This document shows positions 10,892 to 25,822 of a stretch of 64,000 nucleotides of DNA, in pieces (position 1 is the first letter of the stretch; every line of letters begins with the position of its first letter). The notes below the pieces were generated by a model that ran no database searches, was not told the DNA's origin, and saw only the letters and a program-made list of their open reading frames with translations. This stretch comes from Hydrurus foetidus (taxonomy: Eukaryota). Where the stretch lies: the NCBI GenBank assembly GCA_900617105.1, contig UYFQ01000506.1, positions 124,001-188,000 of the forward strand. The letters are read 5' to 3'. Made by a program: the position numbers and the translations under genes.

Positions 10892-11136
10892 GCCTGGTCG
10901 AAGGGAAACGGCAGCCGACCGGCCTTGAACAGGATGTCGGGGTTCTCGTCATAGTCGCCCAGCTCGACATCGGCCGAGGCGGCGAAGGCCACCACGCCTT
11001 CGCGCAGCGGCGCCAGGCGCTCGGCCTTGCGGCGGGCCTCGGCGGCGTCCTTGCAGCCGATCTGCTGCTCGGCCTTCAGCCCCTTGCCGCGCCCGGCGAT
11101 GTAGGCTTGCACGATGTAGACGGTTTCCTTGGCCAT
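10888..11136 (-). CDS. Small hypothetical protein
   Basis: 82-aa ORF, GAGGGGG RBS, host-like codon usage, stop overlaps that of the convergent gene. Confidence 0.7.
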   Translation of the reverse strand: MAKETVYIVQAYIAGRGKGLKAEQQIGCKDAAEARRKAERLAPLREGVVAFAASADVELGDYDENPDILFKAGRLPFPFDQA

Positions 11137-11191
11137 CCCCCCTCAGGCGACCTGTTCGGGGCGGGGGTCAAGCGCGCTTAGGCGGAGACCC

Positions 11192-11593
11192 CTAAGCAGT
11201 GACCGGGCCGTCATAGGCCGCGCGCGCCTGGCGGATCGCCGGATGATGCGCCTCGGCCCAGTCGATCAGGGCCGCCAGTGGCTCCAGCAGGCTCTCTCCC
11301 ATGTCCGACAAACGGTACTCGACGCTGGGCGGCTGGGTCGGAAACACCTGGCGGGTGATCAGGCCGTCGCGCTGCAGATCGCGCAGGGTCTGGGTCAGCA
11401 TCCGCTGGCTGATATCGGGCACGGCGCGCTTGATCGCGTTGAAGCGTTGCGGACCGTCCGCCAGGACGATGATCAGAAGGGTGCTCCACTTGTCGCCCAG
11501 GTGGTCCATGACGTCGCGAACCGGGCAGGCGCCGGCCGGGACGGCCTGGCCTTGCCACTGCTTCAGGCGTTCGATCAGCTGTTGAGCGCTCAT
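11192..11593 (-). CDS. HxlR-family winged-helix regulator
   Basis: [39 protein letters not shown]. Confidence 0.93.
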   Translation of the reverse strand: MSAQQLIERLKQWQGQAVPAGACPVRDVMDHLGDKWSTLLIIVLADGPQRFNAIKRAVPDISQRMLTQTLRDLQRDGLITRQVFPTQPPSVEYRLSDMGESLLEPLAALIDWAEAHHPAIRQARAAYDGPVTA

Positions 11594-11700
11594 CAGGCGG
11601 TTCCCTTTTGCATACCTGGTCCCGCGAAACTGCCTCCTTCACGGAGCTGAGGTGGTTTCATATGTAGTGCAGGTCTCATTTCGAGACCAGGATTTTCAAG

Positions 11701-12574
11701 ATGAGCGCTTCTTCCTCCAAGCTTCTCGTGACCGGCGCCGGCGGCCAACTGGGCCGCCGGGTGGTCGAACTGCTGCTGCAAGCCGGCGCCGATGTGGTGG
11801 CGGCGTCGCGCGATCCGTCCAGGCTGGCCGATCTGGTCGAGCGGGGCGCCGAGGCGCGCCGGGCCGACTTTGATGACCCCGCCTCGCTCGCCTCGGCCTT
11901 CGCCGGCGTCGACCGACTGCTGCTGATCAGCACCGACGCCCTGGGTCAGCCGAGCCAGCGCATCGGCCAGCACCGCGCCGCCGTGGCCGCCGCCGTGGCG
12001 GCCGGCGTCAAGCACATCGTCTACACCTCGGCCCCGGCTCCGACCCCCAAGGCGGGCGGCGGCGTCATGGACGACCATTTCTGGACCGAGCAGGCGATCA
12101 TCGCCTCGGGTCTGAATGGACCCTGCTGCGCCACAACCCTATGCCGAGGTGATCCTGATGAGCGCCGGGCAGGCCGTGGCCGGCGGACGGTTTTCACCGC
12201 CACGGGCGGCCTTGGTCGTCTACGTCACCCGCGAAGACTGCGCCTGCACCGACGCTGCGGCCCTGCTGAACGCGAAGGGCGCCAGATCCTGACGTGACCG
12301 GGCCTGAAGCCATCACTCAGGACCAGCTTGCCGCGCTCCTGTCCGAAATCTCGGGCGTCCTGTCGTTCATATCGGCCTCACCGCCGAGCAACTGCGCGGT
12401 GGTTTGACCGGCGCGGGTCTGCCCGACTTTGTGGCCGACATGCTGATCGACTTCGATGTCGCCGCCGCTCAGGGCTATCACGCGGTGCTCACGCCGACGG
12501 TCGAGGCGCTGACCGGGCGCAAGCCTGGGACGGTGCGCGACTTCCTGTTGGCCAACAAGGCAGCGCTGGGTTGA
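11701..12574 (+). CDS. NmrA/YtfG-like NAD(P)H-binding oxidoreductase (frameshifted)
   Basis: VTGAGGQLGR, GVDRLLLIS, DHFWTEQ; continues in other frames to TGA 12572-12574; divergent from HxlR. Confidence 0.88.
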
Positions 12575-12581
12575 TCGGAGC

Positions 12582-12618
12582 ATCAGGTGGGAGAGGTGCA
12601 AGACTCTCCCACCCTGAT
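12582..12618 (+). terminator. GC-rich hairpin after the NmrA-like gene
   Basis: ATCAGGTGGGAGAG / CTCTCCCACCCTGAT arms with 8-nt loop; no clear U-tract. Confidence 0.5.
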
Positions 12619-12692
12619 CAGGAAATCTGATTTCATAAGATGCGCGAAAGCGGGCAAAACCCGACTGGTTTTGTTGCCTTGTGGAGCCGTTC

Positions 12693-13515
12693 ATGGTCGC
12701 CCGTCGTGCTTTTGTCGCCCTCAGCCTCGCCGCTTCCGTGCTGAGCCTTGGGTTTCGCCGCCTGCGGCCAGAAGCCCGCCGCTTCCTCAAGCGCTTCCGA
12801 CACCCTGACCGTCGCCGCCACGGCCATCCCGCACGCCGAGGTGCTGGAGTTCATCAAGCCCAAGCTGGCCGAGCAGGGCCTGAAGATCGAGATCAAGGTC
12901 TTCAACGACTACGTCCAGCCCAACACCCAGGTGGCCGAGAAGCGCATCGACGTCAGCTATTTCGAAACGCTGCCCTACCTGGAGACCTTCAACAAGGACA
13001 AGGGCACGAACCTGATCGCCATCAAGGGCGTCCACATCGAGCCGATCGGCGCCTATTCGGCCAGGTACAAGTCGATCGCCGAGTTGCCGCAGGGCGCCAC
13101 CGTGGCAATCCCGAACGACGCCAGCACCGAGGGGCGCGCCCTGCTGCTGCTGTCGCGCAACAACGTCATCACCCTGAAGGACCCGGCCAATCCGCTGTCG
13201 AGCCTCAAGGACATCGCCGCCAATCCCAAGGGCCTGAAGTTCAAGGAACTGGAAGGCGCGACCCTGCCGCGCGTCTTGAACCAGGTGGATCTGGCGATCA
13301 TCAACACCAACTACGCCCTCGACGCCAAGCTGAACCCGTCCAAGGACGCCTTGCTGATCGAGGACAGCAAGAGCCCCTATGTGAACTATCTGGTCGGCCG
13401 GCCCGACAACAAGGACGACCCGCGCGTCCAGAAACTGGCCGCCGCCCTGACGACGCCTGAAGTGGCTGCGTTCATGGCCCAGAAGTATCAGGGCGCGGTG
13501 GTGCCGGCCTTCTAG
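12693..13515 (+). CDS. metQ: Methionine ABC transporter lipoprotein (frameshift in signal peptide)
   Basis: Lipobox AAC, PHAEVLEF, FNDYVQPN, VHIEPIGAYS, IPNDASTEGRAL, INTNYAL. Confidence 0.9.
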
Positions 13516-13598
13516 AACACAGAGAGTGGGGCGAGCAGGCGGGGTCACAGGGAAAGCCCCGCGTCACCGCCGTCTCGTCGGCGCTCATGCCCCAGACC

Positions 13599-14825
13599 CT
13601 AGGGCTTGGGGACCACCCGCAGCAGCTTGCCGTCCTCCGCGTCTGTCAGCAGGTAGAGCGCGCCGTCGGGACCGACGCGAACATCGCGGATCCGCTGGTC
13701 GAGTTCCTCGAACAGGCGCTCTTCACCGACTACCCTGTCATCCTTCAGAGTCAGGCGCGCGACGTGTTGCCCCCGCAGCGCGCCGACCAGCACGCTACCC
13801 TTCCAGGCGGGGAACAGATCGGCCTGATAAAAGACCATGCCCGACGGGGCGATAACCGGATCCCAGTAATAGACCGGCTGCTCCAGACCGGCCTTGGCGG
13901 TGATGCCGTCGCCGATTGGCTTGCCGGAATACTCTTCGCCATAGGTGATGGTCGGCCAACCGTAGTCCTTGCCGGCCTCGGGGTGGTTCAACTCGTCGCC
14001 GCCCTTGGCGCCGTGCTCCACAGTCCAAAGGCGGCCCGACGGATCCAGCGCGGCGGCCTGCAGGTTGCGGTGGCCGGCGGACCAGATCTCGGGCTTCGCG
14101 CCGACCTTGCCGACATAGGGGTTGTCCGAGGGGATCGAGCCGTCGGAATTGATGCGGATCACCTTGCCCAGGGTTCCGTCCAGGCGCTGGGCCTGCATGC
14201 GGCCTTCCTGGATGGAGCGATCGCCGGTGGTGATAAACAACGTGCCATCCTTGGCGAAGACCAGGCGGCCGCCGAAGTGCAGGCTGGAGTTCAGCTTGGG
14301 GGTCTGGCTCCAGATCACCTGCACGCCTTCGACGCGCGGGGAGGGGCCGCTGATCAGCTTGCCGCGCGCCGCCGCCGTGCCGTTGCCGCCGTCGCCGGCC
14401 TGGGCGTAGGTCCAGTAGATCAGGCCGTTACTGGCGAAGTTCGGATCGACCGCCACGCCCAGCAGGCCGCCCTGGCCGTTGGCGTCGACCGCAGGCAGGC
14501 CGGCCACGGGTGTCGACAGCTGGCCATTGGCGCCCACCAGGCGCAGTCGTCCGGCGCGTTCGGTAACCAGCCTGGTCCCGTCCGGCAGGAAGGCCAGACC
14601 CCAGGGGTGGTCCAGGCCGCCGACCACGGTCTCGACGCTGTAGGCCACGCCCAGCGCCTGGCTGGGCGCGCGGGTCTGGCCGGCGAAGGCGGGCTTCTGG
14701 TCCGGCGCATTGGCGGCCCGCGTCTCGACTGGCGGGCTCGAACCATCCTGAGTCGCGGGAGCGTCGGGGGCGGGGCCACAGGCGCACATGACCAGGGCGA
14801 GGAGGGGGAGAAGGTGCGTTTGCAT
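13599..14825 (-). CDS. PQQ-dependent sugar (glucose/sorbosone) dehydrogenase lipoprotein
   Basis: [53 protein letters not shown]; likely start at Met 14825. Confidence 0.92.
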   Translation of the reverse strand: MQTHLLPLLALVMCACGPAPDAPATQDGSSPPVETRAANAPDQKPAFAGQTRAPSQALGVAYSVETVVGGLDHPWGLAFLPDGTRLVTERAGRLRLVGANGQLSTPVAGLPAVDANGQGGLLGVAVDPNFASNGLIYWTYAQAGDGGNGTAAARGKLISGPSPRVEGVQVIWSQTPKLNSSLHFGGRLVFAKDGTLFITTGDRSIQEGRMQAQRLDGTLGKVIRINSDGSIPSDNPYVGKVGAKPEIWSAGHRNLQAAALDPSGRLWTVEHGAKGGDELNHPEAGKDYGWPTITYGEEYSGKPIGDGITAKAGLEQPVYYWDPVIAPSGMVFYQADLFPAWKGSVLVGALRGQHVARLTLKDDRVVGEERLFEELDQRIRDVRVGPDGALYLLTDAEDGKLLRVVPKP

Positions 14826-14989
14826 GGGACGAACCTTAGACGAGCCGTCGGGCTGGGCAATCTCAATCCTCGACCGACCGCGGGCTTGGGTGAGCAAGGT
14901 TTGTGCAGGGTGCGGGGTGACGCCTTCCATCGCTTCGGTCATCATCGACTCCCTCGAGCGCCGCGACGTCGGAAAACCACCAGAGCCGC

Positions 14990-16726
14990 ATGAACGACAG
15001 CGAAATCAGGCTGGAAATCGCCACCCGCGCCGCCGGCATCGGCATATGGGACTGGGACTTGCTGACGGATAAGATCGTCTATTCGCCGGTGGCGCGCGTC
15101 ATCAGCGGTTTCGATCTCGACCAGGCGATCACCATCGAAGATGTCCGGGCCCTTACCCACTGTGAGGACAGCGCTCACGCGGCTGACATGGCGGCCAAGG
15201 CCCTGGATCCGGCGCTCCGCACACAGGTGGTCTACGAGTATCGCATCCTTCGGCCGGACGGAGCCGTGCGCAATGTAGTCGCTCATGGTGAAGCGATCTT
15301 CGCTCAGGTCGAGGGCGTCGAGCGGGCGGTGCGCTATATCGGCTCGCTGCAGGACGTCACCGACCGCAAGCGGCTGGAGGAGGCCGAGCGCCGGGCCAGC
15401 GATCGCCTGCAGCTGGCGCTGGACGCCGGCCGCATGGTGGTGTGGGAGTATGATTTCGCCACCGAGCGTGTGAGCGGTTCACCTGAACTCTATCGCCTGC
15501 TGGGTTTTCCCGAGGATGCGCAGCCCAGCCTCGAAGCGCTGCGTGGCGGATTCGAGCCTGAAGACGTGGGCTGCATCGCGCGAGCGGCCAAGGCGGCCTG
15601 GAAACGTGGCGAGCGTTTCCTCGAGGTCGAGTTCCGTTACCGCCGGCTGGATGGCGCCTGGTGCTGGTATCAACTGCGCGCCGAGATCAAGCTGGGCGCA
15701 ACCGGATTGCGCCAGACCCTGCTGGGCGTGCTGGTTGATGTCACCGAGCGCAAATCCGCCGAGGATCGCCTGCGCGACAGTGAGGCGCGCTTTCGAGCCA
15801 TGGCCGATTCCGCGCCCGCGCCGGTCTGGATCACCGGCATCGATGGCGGCATCGAGTTCGTTAATCAGGCCTTCGTCGAGATCACGGGCGTGGAGGCCAA
15901 TAGCCTGCTGGGCGATGTCTGGATCCAGCTGATCCATGCCGACGATCTGCTCCAGGTGGCCAGGGCCCGCATGGCCGCTCGCGAGACCCTGTCGTCCTAT
16001 ACGTTCGAGGCGCGCTTCCAGCGCATCGACGGCGAATATCGCTGGATGTTTGTCAGCGCCAAGCCGCGCTTTGACCCCACGGGCGGCTTTCTGGCTATGT
16101 CGGCCTGGCCATCGATCTGACCGACTTGCGCGCCGCCGAGACGCGGCAGCGTTTGCTGATCAACGAGCTCAATCACCGGGTCAAGAACACGCTGGCCTCG
16201 GTGCAATCGATCGCCCGCCAGACCCTGCGCGAGGGTCAGACCGCCGGCGCGGCGCGCGAGTTGCTGCTGGATCGGATCATGGCGATGTCGGTGGCCCACG
16301 ATATCCTCACCCGCGAAAGCTGGGAGGGGGCGGCGGTGCACGATATCGTCCTGGGCGCGATCCAGCCCTTTGTCGGCCCGGACGCCACGCGCATTCACGT
16401 CAGCGGGCCAGCCGGCCGCCTGGGGCCATCAGCCGCCCTGGCCCTCGCCCTGGCCCTGCACGAGCTGAGCACCAATGCGGTCAGTATGGTGCGCTCTCGA
16501 CCTGTGAGGGCCGCGTCGACATCGTATGGGAGCCCAGCGAAGACGGGCGAAACGTCAAGCTGCGCTGGAAGGAGCATGGCGGTCCGCCGGTTTCGCCGCC
16601 GATCCGCAAGGGCTTTGGCTCGCGACTGCTGGACGGCGGCTTGGCGGCCGACCTTGGCGCCGCCCCACCTTGCTTTTCGTCCCCGACGGGGTCGAGGCGG
16701 TGGTGCCGATCGTGCTGACGGACTGA
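14990..16726 (+). CDS. Cytoplasmic PAS-domain HWE histidine kinase (frameshifted)
   Basis: Three PAS/PAC repeats, ELNHRVKN H-box, [24 protein letters not shown]. Confidence 0.9.
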
Positions 16727-16822
16727 CGCGCGGCGCTGGCAAGCCGCCGCTGCGAGGCGCGTCGATCGCCCTTCGGAACCCCTTTGGGCGCAAGTTTAAG
16801 ACCTATTCAAGCCGAAAACGGA

Positions 16823-18210
16823 CTACGGCGCTCCGCGTTGAGCCGATCGGGCACACAGATAATAGGCGCCGCTCAGAATAATCAGGAACGGCAGGCCGAT
16901 AACCAGGGTCAGGCGGAATTGTTCGGTGAAAGCCGTGGTGATCAAGATCGCTGCCATCAGAAATGCCCCCAAGCCGCTGCTCCAAGGCGCGCCCCACATT
17001 CTGAACGGTCCGGGCGGACCCTTGTCCTGGCGGCGGAAAGCCAGGTGGGTCAGGAAGATCATCAGCCACGTGACCATGGCCCCGCAGGTGGCGATCGAGA
17101 TCATCACGGTGAAGGCCGTTGCGGGCTCAAAGTATAAACCAAGGCCGCGATCGCCACACCCAGGGCCGCGACGCCAAGGGCCTTCACCGGTACGCCCCGA
17201 CTATTGAGTTGACCAAAGACGGACGGCGCGAAGCCGGCGCGCGACAGGCCAAACAGCATGCGCGTGGCGGTGTAGAGTTGGCTGTTCATCGCTGACAGGG
17301 CCGCGATCAGGACAACGAAGTTCACGACGTCGGCCGCGCCGGCAATATGCAGAGCGTCGATCACCGTGACGAACGGGCTTTTGCCGGCCCCGGCCGCCGT
17401 CCAGGGTACAATCGCCAGCATCAGGGCCAGGGTGGCCATGTAGAAGACCGCCAGCCGGATCAGGGTGGCCTTGAAGGCGCGGACCACGGCCCGTTGCGGA
17501 TCGGCCGCTTCGGCCGCCGCCACGGCGATCATCTCGATGCTGAAATAGCTGAAGATCGCGACGATCACCGCCACCCAGGTCCCCCACGGACCGTTCGGGA
17601 AAAAGCCGCCCTGACTAACGTACAGATGGAAGCCCGCGCCCATTTGGGCCGCCGATGGGCCGAACACCCAAAGCGCTGCCAGCAGAATGAAGCTGACGAT
17701 CGCGACGATCTTGATCAGCGAGAAGGCGTACTCGACGGAGCCAAACAGGCTGACGCTGAAGGCGTTGACAGCGATCAGGGCGGCGGAGAAGCCGATGATC
17801 CAGACCAGCCCGGGAACCTGCGGCAGCCAGACCTTCATGTAGATCGCCACCGCCGTCACCTCAGTGCCGATCGCAAGGATTATGCCCGACAGATAGGCGT
17901 ACCGGATGAGGAAGCCGGCGAAGGGACCCAGATAGCGTTCAGCCTGGACGCCGAACGATCCTGCGCCCGGGTGGGCGGCGGTCATCTCGGCCAGAGCGCC
18001 CATCAGCAGCAGCGCGATGACCCCGCCGATGGCATAGCTGATCAGCACGCTGGGCCCGGCCAGGCCGATGGCGAACCCGCTGCCGAGGAAGAGGCCGGTG
18101 CCGATCGCGCCGCCGATGGCGATCATCGACAGTTGTCCCGCCGTCAGGCCGCGTTTCAGGCCGCTCTCGCGTTCCGCGAGGGCGTCGATCGATGGTCCTG
18201 TGGTGGTCAT
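16823..18210 (-). CDS. APC-family amino acid permease (frameshift near 17110)
   Basis: LSMIAIGGAIGTGLFLGSG, AALSAMNSQLY. Confidence 0.92.
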
Positions 18211-18361
18211 GTCCGCCCCCTTGAACGCCCGGGTGAATGCACTCCACTCGGGTGACTGAAAATGTGTCGAGAATGATCGCGCGGGTCCGTGCGCACTGCG
18301 TGACGTCCAGTGCGGCGAGGTGTCGGGCGATCAACGGGTCGTCGCTGGCCTCGCCAAGACC

Positions 18362-19396
18362 TCAGGCCGCAGCGCCGCGTTTGAGCAGGTCCAGCGCCAC
18401 GTCGACGATCATGTCTTCCTGCCCACCGACCATGCGCCGCAGGCCCAACTCGACCAGGATGTCGCGCGTGTCCACGCCATAGGTCCGGCCGGCCTGTTCG
18501 GCATGGCGCAGGAACGAGGAATAGACGCCGGCATAGCCGAGGGCGAGGGTCTCGCGGTCCACCCGGACCGGACGATCCTGCAGTGGGCGGACCAGATCCT
18601 CGGCGGCGTCCATCAGGCGATAGAGGTCGCAACCGTGGTTCCAGCCACGCCGGTCGGCGGCGGCCAGGAACACTTCCAGCGGTGCATTGCCGGCCCCGGC
18701 GCCCATACCGGCCAGACTGGCGTCGACGCGGATCGCGCCGCCCTGCACGGCGACCATCGAGTTGGCGACACCCAGAGACAGGTTGTGGTGGGCGTGAATG
18801 CCGCGTTCGGTCTTGGGATCCAGCACGCGGTCATAGGCCTGGAGCCGCGCCGTGACGCCGTCCATGTCGAGCGCGCCGCCGGAGTCGGTGACATAGACGC
18901 AGTGGGCGCCGTAGCTTTCCATCAGCTTGGCCTGTTGGGCCAAGGCGTCGGGCTCCAGCATGTGGCTCATCATCAGGAAGCCGGAGACATCCATGCCCAG
19001 GTCGCGCGCGGCGGCGATGTGCTGACGGGAGATGTCGGCTTCGGTACAGTGGGTGGCGACGCGGATCGAGGTGACGCCCAGCTTGTGAGCCTGTTTCAGG
19101 TCGTGGATTGTGCCGATGCCGGGCAGCAGCAGGGTGGTCAGCCGGGCATGGCGGACCACGTCGGCCACGGCCTCGATCCAGGCCCAGTCGGTGTGGGCGC
19201 CGAAGCCGTAGTTGAAGCTGGAGCCGTTCAGGCCGTCGCCATGGGCGATTTCGATGGCGTCGACCTTCGCTTCGTCCAGCGCCTTGGCGATGTTGCGAAC
19301 ATCATCCAGGCCATAGCGATGGCGGATGGCGTGCATGCCGTCGCGCAGGGTGACGTCCTGAATGTAGAGCTTGGTCTGGCAGGGATCGAAGTTCAC
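18362..19396 (-). CDS. dmpG: 4-hydroxy-2-oxovalerate aldolase
   Basis: [41 protein letters not shown] start overlaps the dmpF stop. Confidence 0.95.
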   Translation of the reverse strand: MNFDPCQTKLYIQDVTLRDGMHAIRHRYGLDDVRNIAKALDEAKVDAIEIAHGDGLNGSSFNYGFGAHTDWAWIEAVADVVRHARLTTLLLPGIGTIHDLKQAHKLGVTSIRVATHCTEADISRQHIAAARDLGMDVSGFLMMSHMLEPDALAQQAKLMESYGAHCVYVTDSGGALDMDGVTARLQAYDRVLDPKTERGIHAHHNLSLGVANSMVAVQGGAIRVDASLAGMGAGAGNAPLEVFLAAADRRGWNHGCDLYRLMDAAEDLVRPLQDRPVRVDRETLALGYAGVYSSFLRHAEQAGRTYGVDTRDILVELGLRRMVGGQEDMIVDVALDLLKRGAAA

Positions 19397-20335
19397 TGGG
19401 CGACCTCCGAAAAAGGACGGCGGGCGACGATCTTCTCCGCCGTCGCCAGCGCCGCCGAGGTCATGATGTCGAGGTTGCCGGCATAGGCGGGCAAGTAATG
19501 CGCCGCGCCTTCCACCTCGAGGAACACGCTGGTCTTGATCCCGACGAACTCGCCCAGGCCCGGAATCGCCACGGGGGCGTTGGCGCCGAAGTGTTCGAAC
19601 TGCAGGGCCTGTTTCAGCCGGTAGCCCGGCACATAGGCGCGGACCTTCTCGACCATGGCTTCGACGGCTTGCGTGATCTGAGCCTCCGTCGCGCCGGACG
19701 ACAGGGTGAAGACGGTGTCGCGCATGATCATCGGCGGTTCGGCCGGGTTGAGCACGATGATCGCCTTGCCCCTGGCCGCGCCGCCGACCTGCTCGATGCC
19801 GCGCGAGGTGGTCTCGGTGAACTCGTCGATATTGGCGCGGGTCCCGGGGCCGGCCGACTTGCTGGCGATCGAGGCGACGATCTCGGCGTAGTGGACAGTG
19901 CTCACCGAGGCCACTGCCGCGACGATCGGGATGGTCGCCTGGCCGCCGCAGGTCACCATGTTGACGTTGGCGCTGTCCAGGTGAGCGTCGCCGTTGACGA
20001 CCGGGATCACATAGGGGCCGATGGCGGCCGGGGTGAGATCCACGATGGTCTTGCCGGCTCCGACGACGATTTCGCTGTGGCGGGCGGGCGCCGGCGCTGG
20101 TGGCGTCGAACACGATCCGGATTTGTGGCCAGACGTCCATTTTCACCAGACCGTCGATGCCGTCTGAGGTGGTGGCCACGCCCAGGCGCGCAGCGCGGGC
20201 CAGGCCGTCGGAGGCCGGATCGACCCCGACCATGGCGGCCACTTCGAGCGTCTTGGAGGTGCGGCCGATCTTGATCATAAGGTCCGCGCCGATATTGCCG
20301 GGGCCGATGATCGCGACCTTGATCTTGTCGCTCAT
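19393..20335 (-). CDS. dmpF: Acetaldehyde dehydrogenase (acylating) (frameshift near 20080)
   Basis: [48 protein letters not shown]. Confidence 0.95.
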
Positions 20336-21120
20336 GGGCGATCCTTCTCAAAGCTGAAGCTGGCCCGGCCCAAGCCACCGATCATCGCCTCGACGCGGTC
20401 GCCCGGCGTCAGGGCGACCATCGGGCCAAGCGCGCCGGTCAGCAGGATATCGCCGGCCTTCAGGGGCTCGCCCACGGCCGCGAGGGTGCGGGCCAGCCAG
20501 GCGGCGGCGTTCAAGGGGTGGCCGAGGCAAGCCGCGCCGGCCCCTAGCGAGGCGAGCTGTCCATTGACTTCCAACGCCATGCCGCAGGTGTAGAGGTCCA
20601 GGTCGTCCAGCTTGCGCCGCTCGTTCCCCAACACGAAAAACGCCGAGGAGCCGTTGTCGGCCACGGTGTCGGCGAAGGTGATTTTCCAGTCGGCGATGCG
20701 GCTGTCGACGATCTCGATGGCGGCGGAGGCGTAGTCCGTCGCAGCGACGATGTCGGCGCTCTGGGCGTCGGGATTGTCGAGGTCGCGCGCCAGAACCAGC
20801 GCGACTTCCGCCTCGGCTTTGGGCTGCAGCGCCCGGGAGGTGAGCAGGACGCCGCCGTTGGCTATCGCCATGTCGTCGAAGAGGACGCCGTAGTCAGGCT
20901 GGTCGACGCCGAGTTGAAGCTGAACCGCCTTTGAAGTCAGGCCGATCTTGCGGCCGACGATCTTGCGACCCTGGCCGGTCCATAGCGTGGTGTTGAGCGC
21001 CTGGACCTCATACGCCTTTTTGAAGTCGGTGGGCTCCAGGCCGTCGCGCAGGGGCGGCACGGCTCCGGTGCGATAGGCGTCGCGCAGCCGGGCGGCGAGC
21101 GCTTCGCTGGAGACGGTCAT
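20332..21120 (-). CDS. mhpD: 2-keto-4-pentenoate hydratase
   Basis: [51 protein letters not shown]. Confidence 0.92.
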   Translation of the reverse strand: MTVSSEALAARLRDAYRTGAVPPLRDGLEPTDFKKAYEVQALNTTLWTGQGRKIVGRKIGLTSKAVQLQLGVDQPDYGVLFDDMAIANGGVLLTSRALQPKAEAEVALVLARDLDNPDAQSADIVAATDYASAAIEIVDSRIADWKITFADTVADNGSSAFFVLGNERRKLDDLDLYTCGMALEVNGQLASLGAGAACLGHPLNAAAWLARTLAAVGEPLKAGDILLTGALGPMVALTPGDRVEAMIGGLGRASFSFEKDRP

Positions 21121-21528
21121 ACCTCGAACAGACGGTCAGTGGTGGCGAAACCCTTGATCTCTATGGCGTTGCCCGAGGGGTCGCGGAAGAACATCAGGGC
21201 CTGCTCGCCGCCTCGCCGACGAAGCGGCGCTGGGGCGGAAGCTCGAAGGTGATGCCGGCCGAGGTCAGGCGCTCCGCCAGGGCGCTCCATAGGCCCAGCG
21301 GCAGCACGGCGCCGAAGTGCGGCATGGGCACGGTTGTGCCGTCCACCTGGCCCAGCGGGCGCGGTTCTACCACGGCTCCCAGATGCACCGACAACTGATG
21401 ACCGAAGAAGTCGAAATCGATCCAGGTCGGCGCCGAGCGCCCCTCCGGACAGCCCAGCATGCCGACGTAGAACCGGCGTGCGGCCTCCAGGTCGGAGACG
21501 GTGATCGAGAGGTGGAACGGGTGGACAT
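21117..21528 (-). CDS. VOC/glyoxalase-family protein (frameshifted)
   Basis: PFHLSITV, WIDFDFFGHQLSVH, PMPHFG, FFRDPSGNAIEIK. Confidence 0.85.
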
Positions 21529-21532
21529 GATC

Positions 21533-24260
<2,728 letters not shown>

Positions 24261-24264
<4 letters not shown>

Positions 24265-25736
24265 AGCTTCACGCATATGTTCACCGGCTCGGAATAGAAA
24301 TCCAGGGAGTGCATGCCGCCTTCGCGCCCGACGCCCGACAGTTTCACGCCGCCGAACGGGGTGCGCAGGTCGCGCAGGAACCAGTCATTGACCCAGACGA
24401 CACCGACCTCCATGGCCCGGGCCACGCGGTGCGCGCGGGTCAGGTCAGACGTCCAGATCGCGGCGGCCAGGCCGTAGCGGGTGTCGTTGGCGCGTTCGAC
24501 GACCTCGTCCTCGCGGTCGAACGGGGCAATGTGGCAGACGGGGCCGAAGATCTCCTCCTGCACGCAGCGGGCGTTGTCGGGGAGGCCGGTCAGGATGGTG
24601 GGCTCGATGAACGAGCCGCCGTCGCGCTCGTCGCCAAAATGGGGCACGCCGCCGCCGGTGACGACGGTCGCCCCTTCCTCGATGGCCAGACGGTAATAGC
24701 CCAGCACCTTGTCGCGATGCTGGTGCGAGATCAGCGGACCCATGTCGGCGCCGTCGTGCGGGCGACCGACCTTCAGGGCCTTGGCGCGGAGGGCGAGTTC
24801 GGCGACGAAGCGGTCGAAGATCGGGCGCTCGACATAGACCCGCTCGCTGCACAGACAGACCTGGCCGCAGTTGGAGAACACCGATCGGACCGTGCCGGCG
24901 ACGGCGGCCTCGAAATCGGCGTCGGCGAAGACGATGGCGGCGTTCTTGCCGCCCAACTCGAAGGACAAGGGCTTCACGCCCTCGGAGGCCGCGCGCATGA
25001 TCGCCGAGCCCGTCGAGGACTCGCCGGTGAAGGTGATCGCGTCGATGTCGGGGTGCGAGACCAGCCACTCGCCGGCCGAATTGGCGCCGAACCCGTGGAC
25101 CAGATTGAACACGCCCGGCGGGATGCCCGCCTCGTGCATCACCTCAGCCAGCAGGGTGGCGGTGGAGGGCGTTTCCTCCGAGGGCTTGGCGACCACGGTG
25201 TTGCCGCAGGCTAGGGCCGGGGCCAGCTTCCAGGTCAGAAGCAGCAGCGGCAGGTTCCACGGCGAGACCACGGCCACCACGCCCAGCGGCTTGGCGATGC
25301 TGTAGTTCAACGCGCCCCTGCCGTCCGGTGTGTCGGTGGTGAAGCTCGGCATCGACCGGCTCTGGGCCAGGGCGGCGAAGGCGCGGAAGTTGGCCGCGCC
25401 GCGCGGGATGTCGATGGTGGTCGCTTGATGCCGCGACTTGCCGGTGTCGGCGATCTCGGCGGCGACGAAGTCTTCGTAGCGGGCCTCGATGCCGTCAGCG
25501 ACCTTGTTCAGCAAGGCCAGGCGCTGGGCCAGCGGCATGGTCCCCCAAGGACCTTTCAGCGCCTTGCGGGCGGCCTGCACGGCGGCGTCGACCGCCGCGC
25601 GATCGGCCAGGGCGACCTGGCTCAGGATCTGGCCGTTGACGGGGTTGATCAGGGGGAAGGACGCCGCACCGATGGCGAATTGGCCGCCGATATAGTTGGG
25701 CAAGGTGCGCGTCGCGAAGGGGTATTGGGAAGTCAT
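24261..25736 (-). CDS. amnC: 2-aminomuconate/2-hydroxymuconate 6-semialdehyde dehydrogenase
   Basis: DIPRGAANF, SPWNLP, FTGESSTG, ELGGKN, NCGQVCLC, WFLRDLRTPFGG. Confidence 0.93.
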
Positions 25737-25760
25737 TGGAAGGACGTTAGGTCTTGCGGA

Positions 25761-25810
25761 TATAGTCGGAAAATAATATTTCGACGCTAGGCTATAACCG
25801 TTCGATGATA
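25761..25810. promoter_or_regulatory. Putative paired LysR operator boxes between the catabolic operon and the LysR gene
   Basis: TATAGTCGGAAAATAATA (25761) and TATAACCGTTCGATGATA (25793), both TAT-N12-ATA, starts 32 bp apart. Confidence 0.6.
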
Positions 25811-25822
25811 GAAGGAGCTGCC

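Noticed and set aside
7546..14993. Long antisense ORFs (for example 7546-8532, 8807-9745, 13587-14993)
   Set aside because: Shadow frames of real genes, expected from high-GC codon bias
18362..20335. 657-aa ORF that looks like a DmpF-DmpG fusion
   Set aside because: A frameshift near 20080 moves the dmpF N-terminus into the dmpG frame; the middle is out-of-frame sequence and the dmpF C-terminus is in ORF 19393-20043
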